Assembly: GCA_964016885.1 (NCBI GenBank)
Contig: OZ024742.1
Coordinates: 334,366,001-334,430,000 of the forward strand
Length of the DNA: 64,000 nucleotides
Source of the DNA: Eledone cirrhosa
Taxonomy: Eukaryota
Direction of reading: 5' to 3'
Part shown: positions 28,113 through 41,518 of the stretch, in pieces
Layout: every line of letters begins with the position of its first letter
Position numbering within the stretch: the first letter of the stretch is position 1
Notes under the pieces: model-generated
The model's database searches: none
What the model was told of the DNA's origin: nothing
Seen by the model: only the letters and a program-made list of their open reading frames with translations
Made by a program: the position numbers and the translations under genes

Positions 28113-29156
28113 TCTTCATTAATTTCAAATAGCCCCAATTGCCCATACAGATTTTATTATTAGTTTCATGTAAGCTGTATGCGGAGTATATTTGGTTTAT
28201 ATTTTGATACTAGCAAAGCTTCTAAAGCTGCTCATCTCGTTTTGTGTGATATTCTGTTTAGAAATTTAGTATTATCAACTAATGTTTTTATCTGGTTTTC
28301 TTGTACATAACATATCATAATGCGTTGCAATGGCACCATGTAACTGATGGGCTAAGAATATGAACCTGAAATTATAGTTTTTTTAGAATGGTACTATTCT
28401 ATATATTAACTCAATGGATATAGCAAGCTACTGGATTCTGTAGTTTTCTCAACTGTTAAACCCGAAAAGTGCAGGAAATGGCACTATGGAATACATATCT
28501 AACTAGTGTGCGCCATTGCGTCTTTTCGGATTTTTTACATATTCAAAACTGAATGTTTCCGAATGATAGTATACATACTTACAATCTCTCACGCCATATG
28601 AAAATTATACATCTGAATAGCTTTGACGAACCGTTATGGGAGATCGAAAGAGAAGAGTATCACTTGAAAATACGCACACACACAAACAATTACATTCATA
28701 TATATACAGAGCGAGTGAGAGAGAAATATATATAGGATCATTTCTATGTGGATGTTTTTATTTTTTGTTGTATATCCAGTAGGAATTCTAAATGCATGAG
28801 GATACGTATTGTTTTACAATAATGTACGTGTAAGATGATGTGCTCTTGTGTAAATCTCTACACCGTTTAATTTGTTGTTTCTAGTTGTTGGTGACATCTA
28901 CATTAAAATTATTGCGAATTATCACGAATTATCACGATATGGTGTTGCAATTTGTTGAAACAGCGTTTTATACTTATACAAATGGGACTAGCACTGACAC
29001 TGTAAATAATAATCTAGTTCAATCCTGATGGATTGACGTATATATATATATATATATGAGTGTCTATAAACACACACACACATACACACATATATAGTAT
29101 GTATATATATTATATATATATATGTATATATATATAGTCTTCAAATGTATTATTAT

Positions 29157-29202
<46 letters not shown>

Positions 29203-29207
<5 letters not shown>

Positions 29208-29397
29208 AACGAGTAGGAGCCCGACGGCTGAGCTCAAGCACTTCGACGGCTAATTCTGGTCCAGAATTAGCCGTCATAACGGCTTGAGCTCAGCCTTCGG
29301 GGTCCTACTCGTTCCTATTACCCACTCTACTACCCTAAGTATTGAGTACTTTGGTGCGTTATGGTCCATCTGGTTCCGTACCACATTTCCTTCGTTA
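29203..29397 (+). mobile_element. Fold-back mini-insertion (116-bp hairpin + ~80-nt tail) in (TA)n
   Basis: 29203-29318 is an imperfect palindrome centred on AATTCTGG-T-CCAGAATT. Confidence 0.7.
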
Positions 29398-29422
29398 TAT
29401 ATATATATATATATATATATGT

Positions 29423-29636
29423 ATTAGAAATTCGAAATTATAGGCTTTCACCGTATTTTAGACTAAAGAAATTTCTAGCCCGATAGTGGGGTTTATAACC
29501 CTCGGAGAAATGGAAAAACATGAGTGTTGCCGTACATGGGAGTCGAACCCACATCTTTGGTTATCCCACTATCAGGCTAGAAATTTCTTTCGTTTAAAAT
29601 ACGGTGAAAGCCTATAATTTCTAATTTCTAATTTCA

Positions 29637-29640
<4 letters not shown>
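29423..29640. mobile_element. Fold-back mini-insertion with tRNA-like 3' half between ~68-bp inverted arms
   Basis: Arms 29423-29490/29565-29632; minus strand GATGTGGGTTCGACTCCCATGTACGGCA (B box/T-arm). Confidence 0.65.
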
Positions 29641-29681
<41 letters not shown>

Positions 29682-29692
<11 letters not shown>

Positions 29693-30110
29693 TAAAATAA
29701 CAGATTAAAGTTTAAGCAAAGAATCGCTGCTCTATGAACCACCTAAGAGAACATTAGTCTACGACTTCTTTAATACCATAAACGTGGTTCTGTCTTTGCG
29801 CGTAATTGTTTTTCACCGCTCCTATTAATGACGTATTATATTCGTTTTTTCCCGTTCTTTGCCAGGGAACGTTTCCACGAACCAAAGTATCGTCTTCCTG
29901 TCTTCCTCCGGTTGAACGGTTTTTTGAAATATCCAATTCTGCGTTTACAGATTGACTTTGTTAGTTTCAGAAGATCCCGTTAAAGCAGCGATTCTTTGCT
30001 TAAACTTTAATCTGTTATTTTAATAAATATTTGCTCTACGGTTCTTATATATTTGATATATATTTATCCTTATCGAGCCCTCTTTGCATTTTAGTCTTCA
30101 AATTTATTAT
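29682..30110 (+). mobile_element. Fold-back mini-insertion (~48-bp inverted arms + tail)
   Basis: ATATTTATTAAAATAACAG...GAATCGCTGCT (29684-29731) inverted at 29984-30030. Confidence 0.65.
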
Positions 30111-30642
30111 TATTACTATTATTGTTCTTTGAGTCTCAGTCATTGCTGTTAGTTAACTGGAAAGTTTGTTGAAATGAATATCAAGCCACTACCTGCAGCC
30201 TCAGATATTCAGGACGTATCGGAGGGTTCTTGCTGTTCCCAGCAAGCATGCCTTTTGATGTTTTCCAAAAAGCGGGGCGGGGCCAATTTTCTTTAACCAT
30301 CCATGGATACTTTTTGATATAGTACCTAGTGGGTCTATGACAATCGGGACCACTTTGACTTCAATTTTCTCCCTCTCCTTCTCTTGCACTCTCGTGTCGA
30401 ATGGGCAGGCCACATCCACAATCAGGCACGATTTTTTTCCTTGTCCAAAACCACCAGGTCAGGTCTATTGTGTTCCAGTTTCTTGTCCGTCTGTATCCTA
30501 AAATCCCACAGCACCTTCACTGATCGTTTTCTATCAGCGACTCTGGCTTATGCTCATACCACTTCTCAGAATGTGGTAAATTGTTTACTTTGCATAGGTG
30601 CCAGTGGTCACGCTCCCCGTCACATCATGTCTCCAGCCTTTA
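30110..30642 (-). mobile_element. R4/Dong-clade LINE family B, 3' fragment with internal deletions
   Basis: Matches 35630-36225; RPDLVV...DVACPFDTRV...KACLLGTARTLRYVLNI; (TAA)n tail. Confidence 0.88.
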
Positions 30643-33600
30643 TATTACTATTACTATTACTATTATTATTATTATTATTACAGTTGCATTTATCTTGCTT
30701 TATGTTCATACGAGTTATCACCAAGTCACAACCAGTGACCTCAAGAGACAACAAGGTCCGCCATGTTCAAGAAAGAACATACATACTCACACATGCATCT
30801 TTAGTGTTTAGACTTGTGATGTACTTATATTGACAGAATCTTCCTTAGTATATGGGCAGTTCCCATTAGTACTATCTTTTGTATTTCTCCTATACGCGGG
30901 TTTCCTGGGATTTGCGATAAGTAATCATTAGACCTCTTAGGTATCATTCCCAGAGCGCCTACAGCCACTGGTATTGTTTTAGTTCTCAATTTCCACATTT
31001 TTCCAATTTCTATCTCCAGGTCCTTATACTTGCTCAATTTTTCAAATGTTTTTATAGATACATTCTTTTCCATTGGAACATACATATCAATTAGCAGGCA
31101 TACCCTCTTTTTGAAGTCCTTCAATATTATATCAAGTCTATTTGCATCTATTTTTCGGTCTGTATGGATGCTAAAGTTCCACAAGATTGAGATGTGATCT
31201 TTTTCAAGTATGGGAGGTGGTTGATGCGCCCACCAATTCTTTTGATGGGGCAGGTCAAAATGCTTACACATTATCTAATGTATGTATTGTACAGCTCTGT
31301 CATGCCTGTTTAGGTATTCGGTTGGAGCTATAGGACTGCACATTGAAACTATATGGTCAATGGTCTCTGGTTGTTTTTTGCATACACGGCATAATGGGCT
31401 GCATCCATTTTTTATTATGTTGGCTTGGTAATTTTTTGTTGGCAGACACTGATCTTGTGCTGATATAATCAGTCCTTCAGTCTCCGATTTCAGTCCAGAG
31501 GATGCCAACCACTGATGGGTTAAAGTTTTGTCAACATCAGGATTGTTAGCTCGCTCTGGGTATTTTCCATACAGAGGCTTTTCTTGCCATTACTTAGCCA
31601 GTTTCTGTAGCAGTTCTTTCTTTGCAGTTACTTTTACCTGCTTTGCTTTTTCTGTGTTTTCCATTTCAGCGGTAAATGGGACTTCTGAAATTTGTAGTCC
31701 ATTACTGTATCTTTGTGCATCTTTTGTAATGGAAGATGATCTTTTGATGCTTTCGTGTTTCAAAACGAGTTTGATCATCCAATCATTTGATTCCCTTAGA
31801 TATGTAGATAATCCAATTGTTGCAGTTTTCAACGCAATGTCTAACTGGATTAACCCACGTCCTCCTTCTTTCCTAGGGAGATATATTCTATCTATATCTG
31901 CCTTAGGGTGATGCATTCTGTGCATGGTTAAGAATTTTCGAATTTTTGTATCGAGCCTACGGATCTCTGTGCTTGACCAGTTGATGACATTGTAACTGTA
32001 GGTTACTACTGGTATGGCAAGCGTGTTTATGGCATCGATCCTATTCCTTGCATTCAATTCCGTTCTTAAGATTGCTCTTACTCTGCGGTAACATTCCTTC
32101 CTTATCCTTTCCCTCATTGTCGAGTGCTTGATTCCGTCTCCTTCACAAACAGCTAGATATTTGTAAGTTTTTTCTTGATCAAGTTCTCTTATCATGTTCC
32201 CCCGATCAAGATTAATGTCTGAACTCTTCAGCAGCTTTCCTCTGGTGAACGTTGCTTTGGCGCATTTATCTAGTCCAAACTCCATTTTAATGTCATCACT
32301 GAACTGCTCCACAGTGGATAATAGCCCTTGCAATTGTTCAACATTTTTTGCAAATAGTTTCAGGTCATCCATGTAGAACAGGTGATTAATGGTTTTGTCA
32401 TAGACTTTATATCCATGTTTTGTTTCATTGAGCATTTTACTTAATGGTATAAGTGCGATGCAGAATAAAAGCGGTGATAAAGAGTCACCCTGAAAAATTC
32501 CACAATTAATATTAACTTCTCCAGCTTCCAGTGATTTTGTTTCACTATTCAAAAGGAGTGTCGTTTTCCATGTCTTCATACTGAATGACAAAAACCTCCT
32601 GACAACGGGGGATATTTTGAAAATCTCTAAACATTTTTCAATCCAACTGATTGGCAAACTATCGAATGCTTTTTTATAATCTATCCAAGCAATCGATAGA
32701 TTTTTGTGTCTATTATGACAATCTTCCAGTATCATTTTGTTAACCAGAAGCTGATCCTTACAGCCATATGAGCCTCGTTTACACCCTTTCTGCTCAATGG
32801 GAAATAGGTCATTTGTTATCAGGTGGTCATATGTGTATTCAGTTAGGACTGATGTTAAAATTTTATACATTGTGGTCAAGCAAGTTATCGGTCTGTAATT
32901 TTTGGGATCGTTTGTCTCATCATTCTTCGGAAGCAGGAATGTAATGCCGTTAACTAGCCATGATGGTATCTTTTCTGGCTCCTTAACTATTTCATTGTAA
33001 AGTTGGGCTAACAGCTCATAAGACTCTGTGAAGGCATTTATCCAAAAGTTTGTATTTTGTCTTTTCCTGGGGATTTCCATTTGCTGGTTTTTCTTAGAGC
33101 CAAGCGCAACTGTTCAACTGTTATATTTTCCCATATTTGTTCCTCAAGGTGAGCTGTATCGTTCATTTGTCTGTCTATCCATCGGGCATGTATGTTATGA
33201 ACTTTTTCTTCGGCCCAGATCTTTTCCCAGAATTCTTGCACTTCCTCCTTGGGTGGTATTGATTTAGCAGTTATTGTTGACTTACCAATTTTTCTGTAGA
33301 AGTTTCTTTGGTTGTTTTTGAACATATTATTGTCCTTATAGAATCTAGATCGTTTTTCAAAGCGCCTTATACGAGCAGCTTTGGCCGACACTTTTTGCTT
33401 GATTATTTCTATCAGCATGTCTATGTCACATGTTGATTTTATACTGTACTTTTTTTTCAATTTTCTAAGTTTAGTTTGTTTAACATGTTCACCTACTTTA
33501 TAGTTTGTTAAAATTTCTATGTCAGATCGGAGAAGGTTTATTTGGCGATTGATGTTCTCTTGCCAAGTAGATTTCTTGTAGGAATTCCTTTGTTTTTTCA

Positions 33601-34640
33601 TCTTCACTCCACATAAGTGAGTGGTGACTTTAGCCGATGCATAATAGAGATGATTTAAATCAGTAATGTTTAGTTTGTTTGTGATGATAATGTTTTTGAT
33701 AATTATGTTAGTCTTATGTATTATCTTTTGGTTCTGTTTGGAGTTCTGGATCTTAGGGAGGGTGTCTCGTTGCCCCATGTCAGATTCTTTAATTTTCATC
33801 CATTCGATCATAATTTCATCCTTCAAGTTGGCAAGTTCATTCTCATTCATTTCTTTATCATTTACGATATCATTATTTTCATTTGGAGTTTCATCCTGAG
33901 CATGCACTCCCTCCACTTTTTCGATCCTTTCATTAATTTGTTCTGTTGCCAGTGATTCCGCCCCAACCCTGGGATTCGAAGTGTTACAGTTTACCTCGTT
34001 TTCACTGACACATGTTTCATTTTCCCTTCGCTGACTTTGTGCTAATAGCTTGATCTGATCAATTTCTATATCAGTTAGTAACTTTTTTCTTACAATATTT
34101 CTTCGTATATTGGCTAGTTTGTTACTGTCAATATAGCCTCTGTTTTCGGGATGTTTCTTTTTCCAGTTGATATATGTCTGTTCTGTATTCGATGTATTTG
34201 ATGGGTAGTACATGGCAGTGTAGAAAGCCTCAAGGACTTCTTTATTATCTTCCCTTGACCATTTTTTCTCTCTTTTTCTTTCGATTTCTTGGTGGTGAGC
34301 ATGGAGGGCCAACAGTAGGAGTATTCCGGTTATGGGAGGTCTCCAGCTCCGAAGTGATGGGAAGGTTTGAACCATTAGCTGATTTTTCGACCCCAGTCTG
34401 GTTCCTCTCTGAGGGACGCGGCCCTTTTTTACCCGGGTGACGGCCGATCCGGTATGAGATTTTATCATTAGACATTTACTTTATTTTGTCGCGTTTTATC
34501 CTTATCCGCCAAGGGGTAATCATTTCGTGTTACCACTTCTAGAACGAGTGTCAACCAAGACTAGAGGGGTCGTTCTCCCCTAGAGACACGGCTATTCCCC
34601 GCCGGCCGCCATCCCGGTTATTCTTGGTCACGGGGTTTTC
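30643..34640 (-). mobile_element. R4/Dong-clade (RT + restriction-like endonuclease) LINE family A, near full length
   Basis: Single long ORF in pieces, ~165-bp 5' UTR, ~145-bp 3' UTR, (TAA)n tail at 30643-30680. Confidence 0.93.
30825..34475 (-). pseudogene. R4/Dong ORF (RT, CCHC knuckle, PD..D RLE), disrupted
   Basis: NYRPITCL, EQKGCKRGS, WIDYKKAFDS, GIFQGDSLSPLLF, HLFYMDDLKL, CRVC...ETIDHIVSMC, RHD, EKLSKYKDL; frameshifts ~34270 and ~33050, stops at 31590 and 31275 (K and W in the sister copy). Confidence 0.92.
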
Positions 34641-35629
34641 TTTTTTTTTTTTTTTTTAAATTGTTATTATCATGAGTGGTTCCTTAATGTGAACATTGCG
34701 TGGCTTAAGAATGAAATTATTAATAATTGTCTCCACTCCAGGCTCAAGGACAGCAATCACCCAGTGCATTACAATAATATAATATACTTTTTGTTGAAGT
34801 TGCCTGTTATTGTTGTTGGCTATGTCGGTGGTGGTGGCGGTGCTTTTTATATTGTTGGTGAGGAGGGGGTGAGCCAGCAGTCCCATAGCTGTTGATGTTG
34901 ACGTTTGGCCGGTGGCCAGGTCACTAAGTCAATCTATTTATATATTTTGCTAGCCTCTCCCTTGTCTAGTGATACCGGCACCTTCCCCTTTCTCTCTCAA
35001 GTTAACAGGAGAATAGTGGTGGTAGCAATGAAGGAGTGGTTGCGGCGGTGATGGGATAGTGGTAGCAATGATGGATGGGGTGATGGCGGCGGTGGCATTG
35101 TCATTACTGAGTTTTGTGATGTAGTATCTATGAGTTTGTGTTCGTATGTTTAATATATATTGTGTTGACATATTCCCGTAAAATTGGGATTAAACATTTT
35201 GTTAAAACTTGAGACAATAATAATAGTAATTATTATTATGATGCTGTAATTGATGGTGGTGGTGGTGAAATTGCCGTTATCTGGCTGTTATATTTAGTGT
35301 GATGGGATAGGTGGTGTATCAAGTTTCTGGTGTTGGTGAAATTGCTGTTATTTGGCAGTTCTATATAGTGTAGACAGAGGGTGTTGTCTTCCATTTATAA
35401 CCATTTTCTTTTTTTGAATACAAAATATATAATACAAAATTGAATATTTGAGTGATATAACAATATAATATGGATCCGAAATTTGATGGGACTTCATTCG
35501 GTGGGTTATGCAACATTTGTACTAAGAATTGATATTTCACAATTGATTTAAATATGTTAAAAATCAAGAACTTACGGGAGCGATTTCATGACCTTCTACC
35601 ACCTCGTGCGTCTTCTCCCCTTCTTCTTC

Positions 35630-38600
35630 TTATTATTATTATTATTGTTGTTATTCCTTGAATCTCAGTCATTGATGTTGGTTAACTGGAAAGTCCGTTG
35701 GAATGAATATCAAGCCACTACCTGCAGCCTCAGATATTCAGGACGTATCGGAGGGTTCTTGCTGTTCCAAGCAAGCATGCCTTTTGAAGCGTTCCAAAAA
35801 GCATGAAGGATCCGATTTTCTTTAACCATCCCTGGAAACTTTTGGAGATAGTCCCCAGTGCGCCTATGACAATCGGGATCACTTTGACTTCATGGCAGTT
35901 CCAAATCCTTTTCACCTCCCACTTTAGGTCCTGGTATCGGTTAATTTTCTCCCTCTCCTTCTCTTGCACTCTCGTGTCGAATGGGCAGGCCACGTCCACA
36001 ATCAGACACGATCTTTTTTCTTTGTCCACAACCACCAGGTCAGGTCTATTGTGTTCCAGTTTCTTGTCCGTCTGTATCCTAAAATCCCACAGCACCTTCA
36101 CCTGATCGTTCTCCATCACCGCCTCTGGCCTATGCTCATACCATTTCTCAGAATGTGGTAAATTGTTTACTTTGCACAGGTGCCAGTGGATCACCCTGCC
36201 CATCACATCATGTCTCCAGCCCTTATAGTGGGTCTGGGCTAGGTGTTTACACTCGGATACAATGTGAGCCACAGTCTCCTCTCTCTCTCCACAGATCCTG
36301 CACAGTGGGCTAGCCTCCTCCTTGTAAATATGGTGCTTCAACCACTTCGTTTTGAGGGCCTGCTCCTGCGCAGCCATTAGCATTCCTTCTGTAGCCTTTT
36401 TGAGGTCTCCTCTTCTCAACCAGTTCCATGTCTGTGGATCTCTAAATTCAGTTTTCTCAAAGAAGGTACTATGAAGGGATTTTTCCTGAAGGCTGCTCTT
36501 TCTCCTTGATGTTATTTCCTCCTTGGACATCCCCTGGCCTATTGTCCCCTCCTTCAGTGCAGTTCTGAGCATTGGCTCCTTACTATCAGTCACGTATTTG
36601 TGTAGGTTGCTTTTCTCCATCTGAACACAGTCCTCTATGCTGATAAGACCTCTTCCACCCTCAGATCTCCTTATGTCGAGTCTATCGACATGACTCCTCT
36701 TGTGGAACATATTGTAGATAGTCAATAGCTTCCTAGTCTTCCTATCCATTTCTTTTTGTTCAGCAACATTCCATCTCAGAATTCCCGCACTGTTCCTAAT
36801 AATAGACACAGCTCGGGAATTTACTGCGCTTATGGCATTTCTGCTGTTCAGATGTGACTTCAATACGCTCCTTATTCTCCGAATGTATTCATTTCTTAAC
36901 AATTCCTTCATTTTTTTGTTCTGTATGCCATCAGCCTCCAGAACGCCCAAATACTTTTATCCTTCCTCAGAGTCAATTTCCTTTATCATCTCACCTGTTG
37001 GTATCTGGATTCCGTTACTTCTGCTCAACCTACCCCTCCTCATCACAATGACTCCACATTTACTAATACCAAACTGCATACATATATCACTGCTGAAAAT
37101 ACGGACAGTGTCAACAAGCACATCCAACTCCTTCTCACTCTTCCCGAAGAGCTTAAGATCGTCCATGAAGAGGAGGTGATTGATGGTAAGCTCTCCCTTT
37201 CCCAACTTGTATCCTGCTCTCACTTTTCGCAGCATAATGGTCAAGGGCATCAGGGCAAGGACAAACAACAGAGGGGACAGGCTATCTCCCTGGAAGATAC
37301 CCCTCTTGATCTTCATGCTTCCCAAGGATTCTCCAGTTGATGTCAACTCTGTCTCCCAGGACCCCATACTCCTGCCCAGCAACTGTCTGATGTTATCTGC
37401 CACCTTGAAGATCTCCAGGCTTTTGGTGATCCAAGAATGAGGCACCATGTCAAATGCCTTTCTGTAGTCTATCCATCCCATGGCAAGATCAGTGTGTCTC
37501 CTCCTGCAATTCCCCATTACCATCTTATCAATAAGTAACTGGTCCTTTGTACCACGTGACTTCTTTCGGAATCCTTTCTGTTCGTCCGGTAGCAAGTTGT
37601 TTGTGTGGAGGTGATGGTAGATTTCCTCAGACACAATGCTCGTCAACAGTTTCCACATTACGGACAGACATGTGAGAGGTCTATAGTTGGTAACATCATT
37701 ACCCTTGATTCGGTCTTTCATTATCAGAACTGTGGTACCTTTTGTCAACCACTCTGGCACCTCACCCGACACCAAGCAGTCATTGAACATGGCCGTCAGC
37801 TTCGGGTGGAGGGATGTTAAATTTGTAATCCAATACCCCTGCACACCATCTGGGCCTGGTGATTTCCATTTGGTTAGTTTTTTGGCCTGCCCCTTAAGAG
37901 TTTCAACTGTGATACTCAAATCAGTTTGTTGGTGTGCCTGCTCATCGATCTCCCTCTGTATTGTTTCAATCCACCCTGTCTAACATCCTGCTCCCATATT
38001 CCTCTCCAGAATGTTTTAGTTTGTTCCGCCCCAGGGATCAAGTCTTTGCCTCTTTCTTTCCCCTCAAGCTGTCCAAACAGCATCTTCTGGTTATTGTCGA
38101 ACATGCGGTTCTGTTTATACTGACTGACTCTGTTCTCGTATCTCCTGATTTTTGCACTCTTTGCTACAATGCGTTGCTTCAGTTCCTCTATGATAATATT
38201 TAGCTTTTTCCTCCTAGTCTTGTACTTTATTTCCAGTCTATTTTTAGTGCCTATGTTTTTTAGTGTCCCATTCAGTAGTGACTCAAGCTTTCCTATGTCA
38301 CTTCTCATTTCCTTGATTTGACCACTCAGTCGTTTCTTCCACCAAGGCTCTGCTCTTTCTTGTCTGTTGTTTCCTCTCGCTTTTATACCAAGTAGTTTCC
38401 TCACCGTGTTTGCTGTTGCTTTGAGGATATTGTTGCACTGGTGAAGGCTCATCGCCTCAAGGTATGGGATGACTTTGTTTACCTTAGCTGTTGTTTCTTT
38501 TAACTTTTTCCTGTCTACAAATCTTAGGTTCATAGGTCTCCCACTATCATTGTTCAATTCATCTACCACTAAATTTAGGATGTCAACCGAATCTTGTCCT

Positions 38601-39335
38601 AGCCCGTCAGCATTCATCTCCTCAGTGGCCGTATCTCTGTTCCAGGTATTATTTATCTCAGTATTCAGATCATTGTCTGCTTCGGGTAGTTCCTCCGTTC
38701 TCTCGACCTCTTCACCTCCATTTCCCACTGGCTCGTGTGTCTGGCATATTACACCCTCCATCTCCAAGCTATTCTCTCTGCTCAGTTCCTCCAGTTCTAG
38801 CTCGCTTATCCACCCATTAGTTCTTATTACCCGAGCCTGCCCGGCCAATTTTTGTTCATCTAATTTAAATAGACCAATCTCGTTCCAGATGTTATGCATC
38901 CGTCTCCTATAGCCCCTCTCCTTGGGGTTACTTTTCAGGTAACATTGCATAACAGTTCTATTCAATTCTTTCGTCCAGTTGGTTCTGGCCCCTTTCTTTC
39001 TTCTTCCTCCAACATCAGCAGTACTTGGTTGACAGTCAGGTTCCTGCTGCTGAGCCAGGGAGCACCTGTTGGGTGAGAGTCTGTCACATGACGTTCTAGT
39101 CTCCATTTCACCGTTATTCGAACTGTTTCGGTTCGATATTTAAACACTCTTATCGAGGATTGGCGAATGTATGGTTACATAGCCATCTGTGGATTCACCG
39201 TCGCCGGTGTTTGCGCCGCTCCACTTGGCACTTGTGTGGCATTATCACCACGCTGTAGACGAACACAAATAAACAAACAAACACACAGGCAGAAAAGACC
39301 CCAAAAATGAATAAGCATAAGTTTCATTGTAATGT
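35630..39335 (-). mobile_element. R4/Dong-clade LINE family B, near full length
   Basis: ORF pieces 39106-35730, ~230-bp 5' UTR, 3' UTR and (TAA)n tail. Confidence 0.93.
35730..39106 (-). pseudogene. R4/Dong ORF (RT, CCHC knuckle, RLE), disrupted
   Basis: KSPGPDG, NYRPLTCL, WIDYRKAFDMV, GIFQGDSLSPLLF, HLLFMDDLKL, CRICGEREETVAHIVSEC, RHD, NRPDLVVVD; frameshift ~37975 and in-frame stop at 36957. Confidence 0.92.
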
Positions 39336-39339
39336 AGTG

Positions 39340-41020
39340 TTATTGCTATTATTATTATTACAGTTGCATTTATCTTGCTTTATGTTCATACGAGTTATCA
39401 TCAAGTCACAACCAGTGACCTCAAGAGACAACAAGTTCCGCCATGTTCAAGAAAGAACATACATATTCACACATGCATCTTTAGTGTTTAGACTTGTGAT
39501 GTACTTATATTGACAGAATCTTCCTTAGTATATGGGCAGTTCCCATTAGTACTATCTTTTGTATTTCTCCTATACGCGGGTTTCCTGGGATTTGCGATAT
39601 GTAATCATTAGACCCCTTAGGTATCATTCCCAGAGCGCCTACAACCACTGGTATTGTTTTAGTTCTCAATTTCCACATTTTTCCAATTTCTATCTCCAGG
39701 TCCTTATACTTGCTCAATTTTTCAAATGTTTTTATAGATACATTCTTGTCTATTGGAACAGACATATCAATTAGCAGGCATACCGTCTTTTGAAAGTCTT
39801 TCAATATTATATCAGGTCTGTTTGCATCTATTTTTTGGTCTGTTTGGATGCTAAAGTTCCACAAGATTGAGATGTGATCTTTTTCAAGTATGGGAGGTGG
39901 TTGATGCTCCCACCAATTCTTTTGATGGGGCAGGTCAAAATGCTTACATATTATCCAATGTATGTATTGTGCAGCTCTGGCATGCCTGTTTAGGTATTCG
40001 GTTGGAGCTATAGGACTGCACATTGAAATTATATGGTCAATGGTCTCTGGTTGTTTTTTGCATACACGGCATAATGGGCTGCACCCATTTTTTATTATGT
40101 TGGCTTGGTAATGTTTTGTTGGCAGACACTGATCTTGTGCCGATATAATCAGTCACTCAGTCTCCGATTTCAGTCCAGAGGATGCCAACCACTGATGGGT
40201 TAAAGTTTTGTCAACATCAGCATTGTTAGCTCGCTCTGGGTATTTTCCATACAGAGGCTTTTCTTGCCATTTCTTAGCCAGTTTCTGTAGCAGTTCTTTC
40301 TTTGCAGTTACTTTTACCTGCTTTGCTTTTTCTGTGTTTTCCATTTCAGCAGTAAATGGGACTTCTGAAATTTGTAGTCCATTACTGTATCTTTGTGCAT
40401 CTTTTGTAATGGAATATGATCTTTTGATGCTTTCGTGTTTCAAAACGAGTTTGATCATCCAATCATGTGATTCCCTTAGATATGTAGATAATCCAATTGT
40501 TGCAGTTTTCAACGCAATGTCTAACTGGATTAACCCACGTCCTCCTTCTTTCCTAGGGAGATATATTCTATCTATATCTGCCTTAGGGTGATGCATTCTG
40601 TGCATGGTTAAGAATTTTCGAATTTTTGTATCGAGCCTACGGATCTCTGTGCTTGACCAGTTGATGACATTGTAACTGTAGGTTACTACTGGTATGGCAA
40701 GCGTGTTTATGGCATCGATCCTATTCCTTGCATTCAATCCCGTTCTTAAGATTGCTCTTACTCTGCGGCAACATTCCTTCCTTATCCTTTCCCTCATTGT
40801 CGAGTGCTTGATTCCGTCTCCTTCACAAACACCTAGATATTTGTAAGTTTTTTCTTGATCAAGTTCTCTTATCACGTTCCCCCGATCAAGATTAATGTCT
40901 GAACTCTTCAGCAGCTTTCCTCTGGTGAACGTTGCTTTGGCGCATTTATCTAGTCCAAACTCCATTTTAATGTCATCACTGAACTGCTTCACAGTGGATA
41001 ATAGCCCTTGCAATTGTTCA
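39340..41020 (-). mobile_element. R4/Dong-clade LINE family A, 5'-truncated second copy
   Basis: Highly similar to 30660-32340 (3 differences in the 120 bp next to the tail); truncated just downstream of the YMDD motif. Confidence 0.93.
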
Positions 41021-41304
41021 TCCGTCGGTTTCGATGACATGTGTGTTCGATCAAAGTAAGAGTTTGCTTATGTACTTAAAATGTACGTCACTGAGTATTT
41101 AACAGACACGTGTACTCTTAGCAACATTCTGAGGGACTTACAGCATGATAGATTGTGTAACAAAGTCTATTCCCTCAGATGGGCTTTCAAACATATTTAT
41201 ATATCTTCCTCCCCCAACAAAGAAACAACATATTAATAAGTGTATATAAACGGATCCCGGAACCTATGTTAATAGTTTAGATGTGTCTTTTCACATATAA
41301 ATTC

Positions 41305-41394
41305 GCATAACTGGTGAGGTGTCGAGGAAGAGTCCGGCCGCGGTCATTACGATTGAACCCTGAGCTGAGCGATATTGAAACAATTGTAATATGT
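41305..41394 (+). ncRNA. Hammerhead motif with extended stem II, mutated core (CUGGUGA)
   Basis: GCATAA CTGGTGA GGTGTCG...CGATATT GAAAC AATT GTA ATATGT. Confidence 0.55.
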
Positions 41395-41518
41395 CAATAG
41401 AGTGTATATATATATATCCTTCAACAGTGACTTCGACCCTACTTAATTCAGATATATGTATATTGAATAACAACAGGAGGCCGGACTGGAAAATATGCCT
41501 TAAAATTGTAATTCCGTG

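Noticed and set aside
31528-40591. Plus-strand ORFs overlapping the Dong elements (and similar ones over the RTE and Tc1 copies)
   Set aside because: Antisense shadows of transposon ORFs
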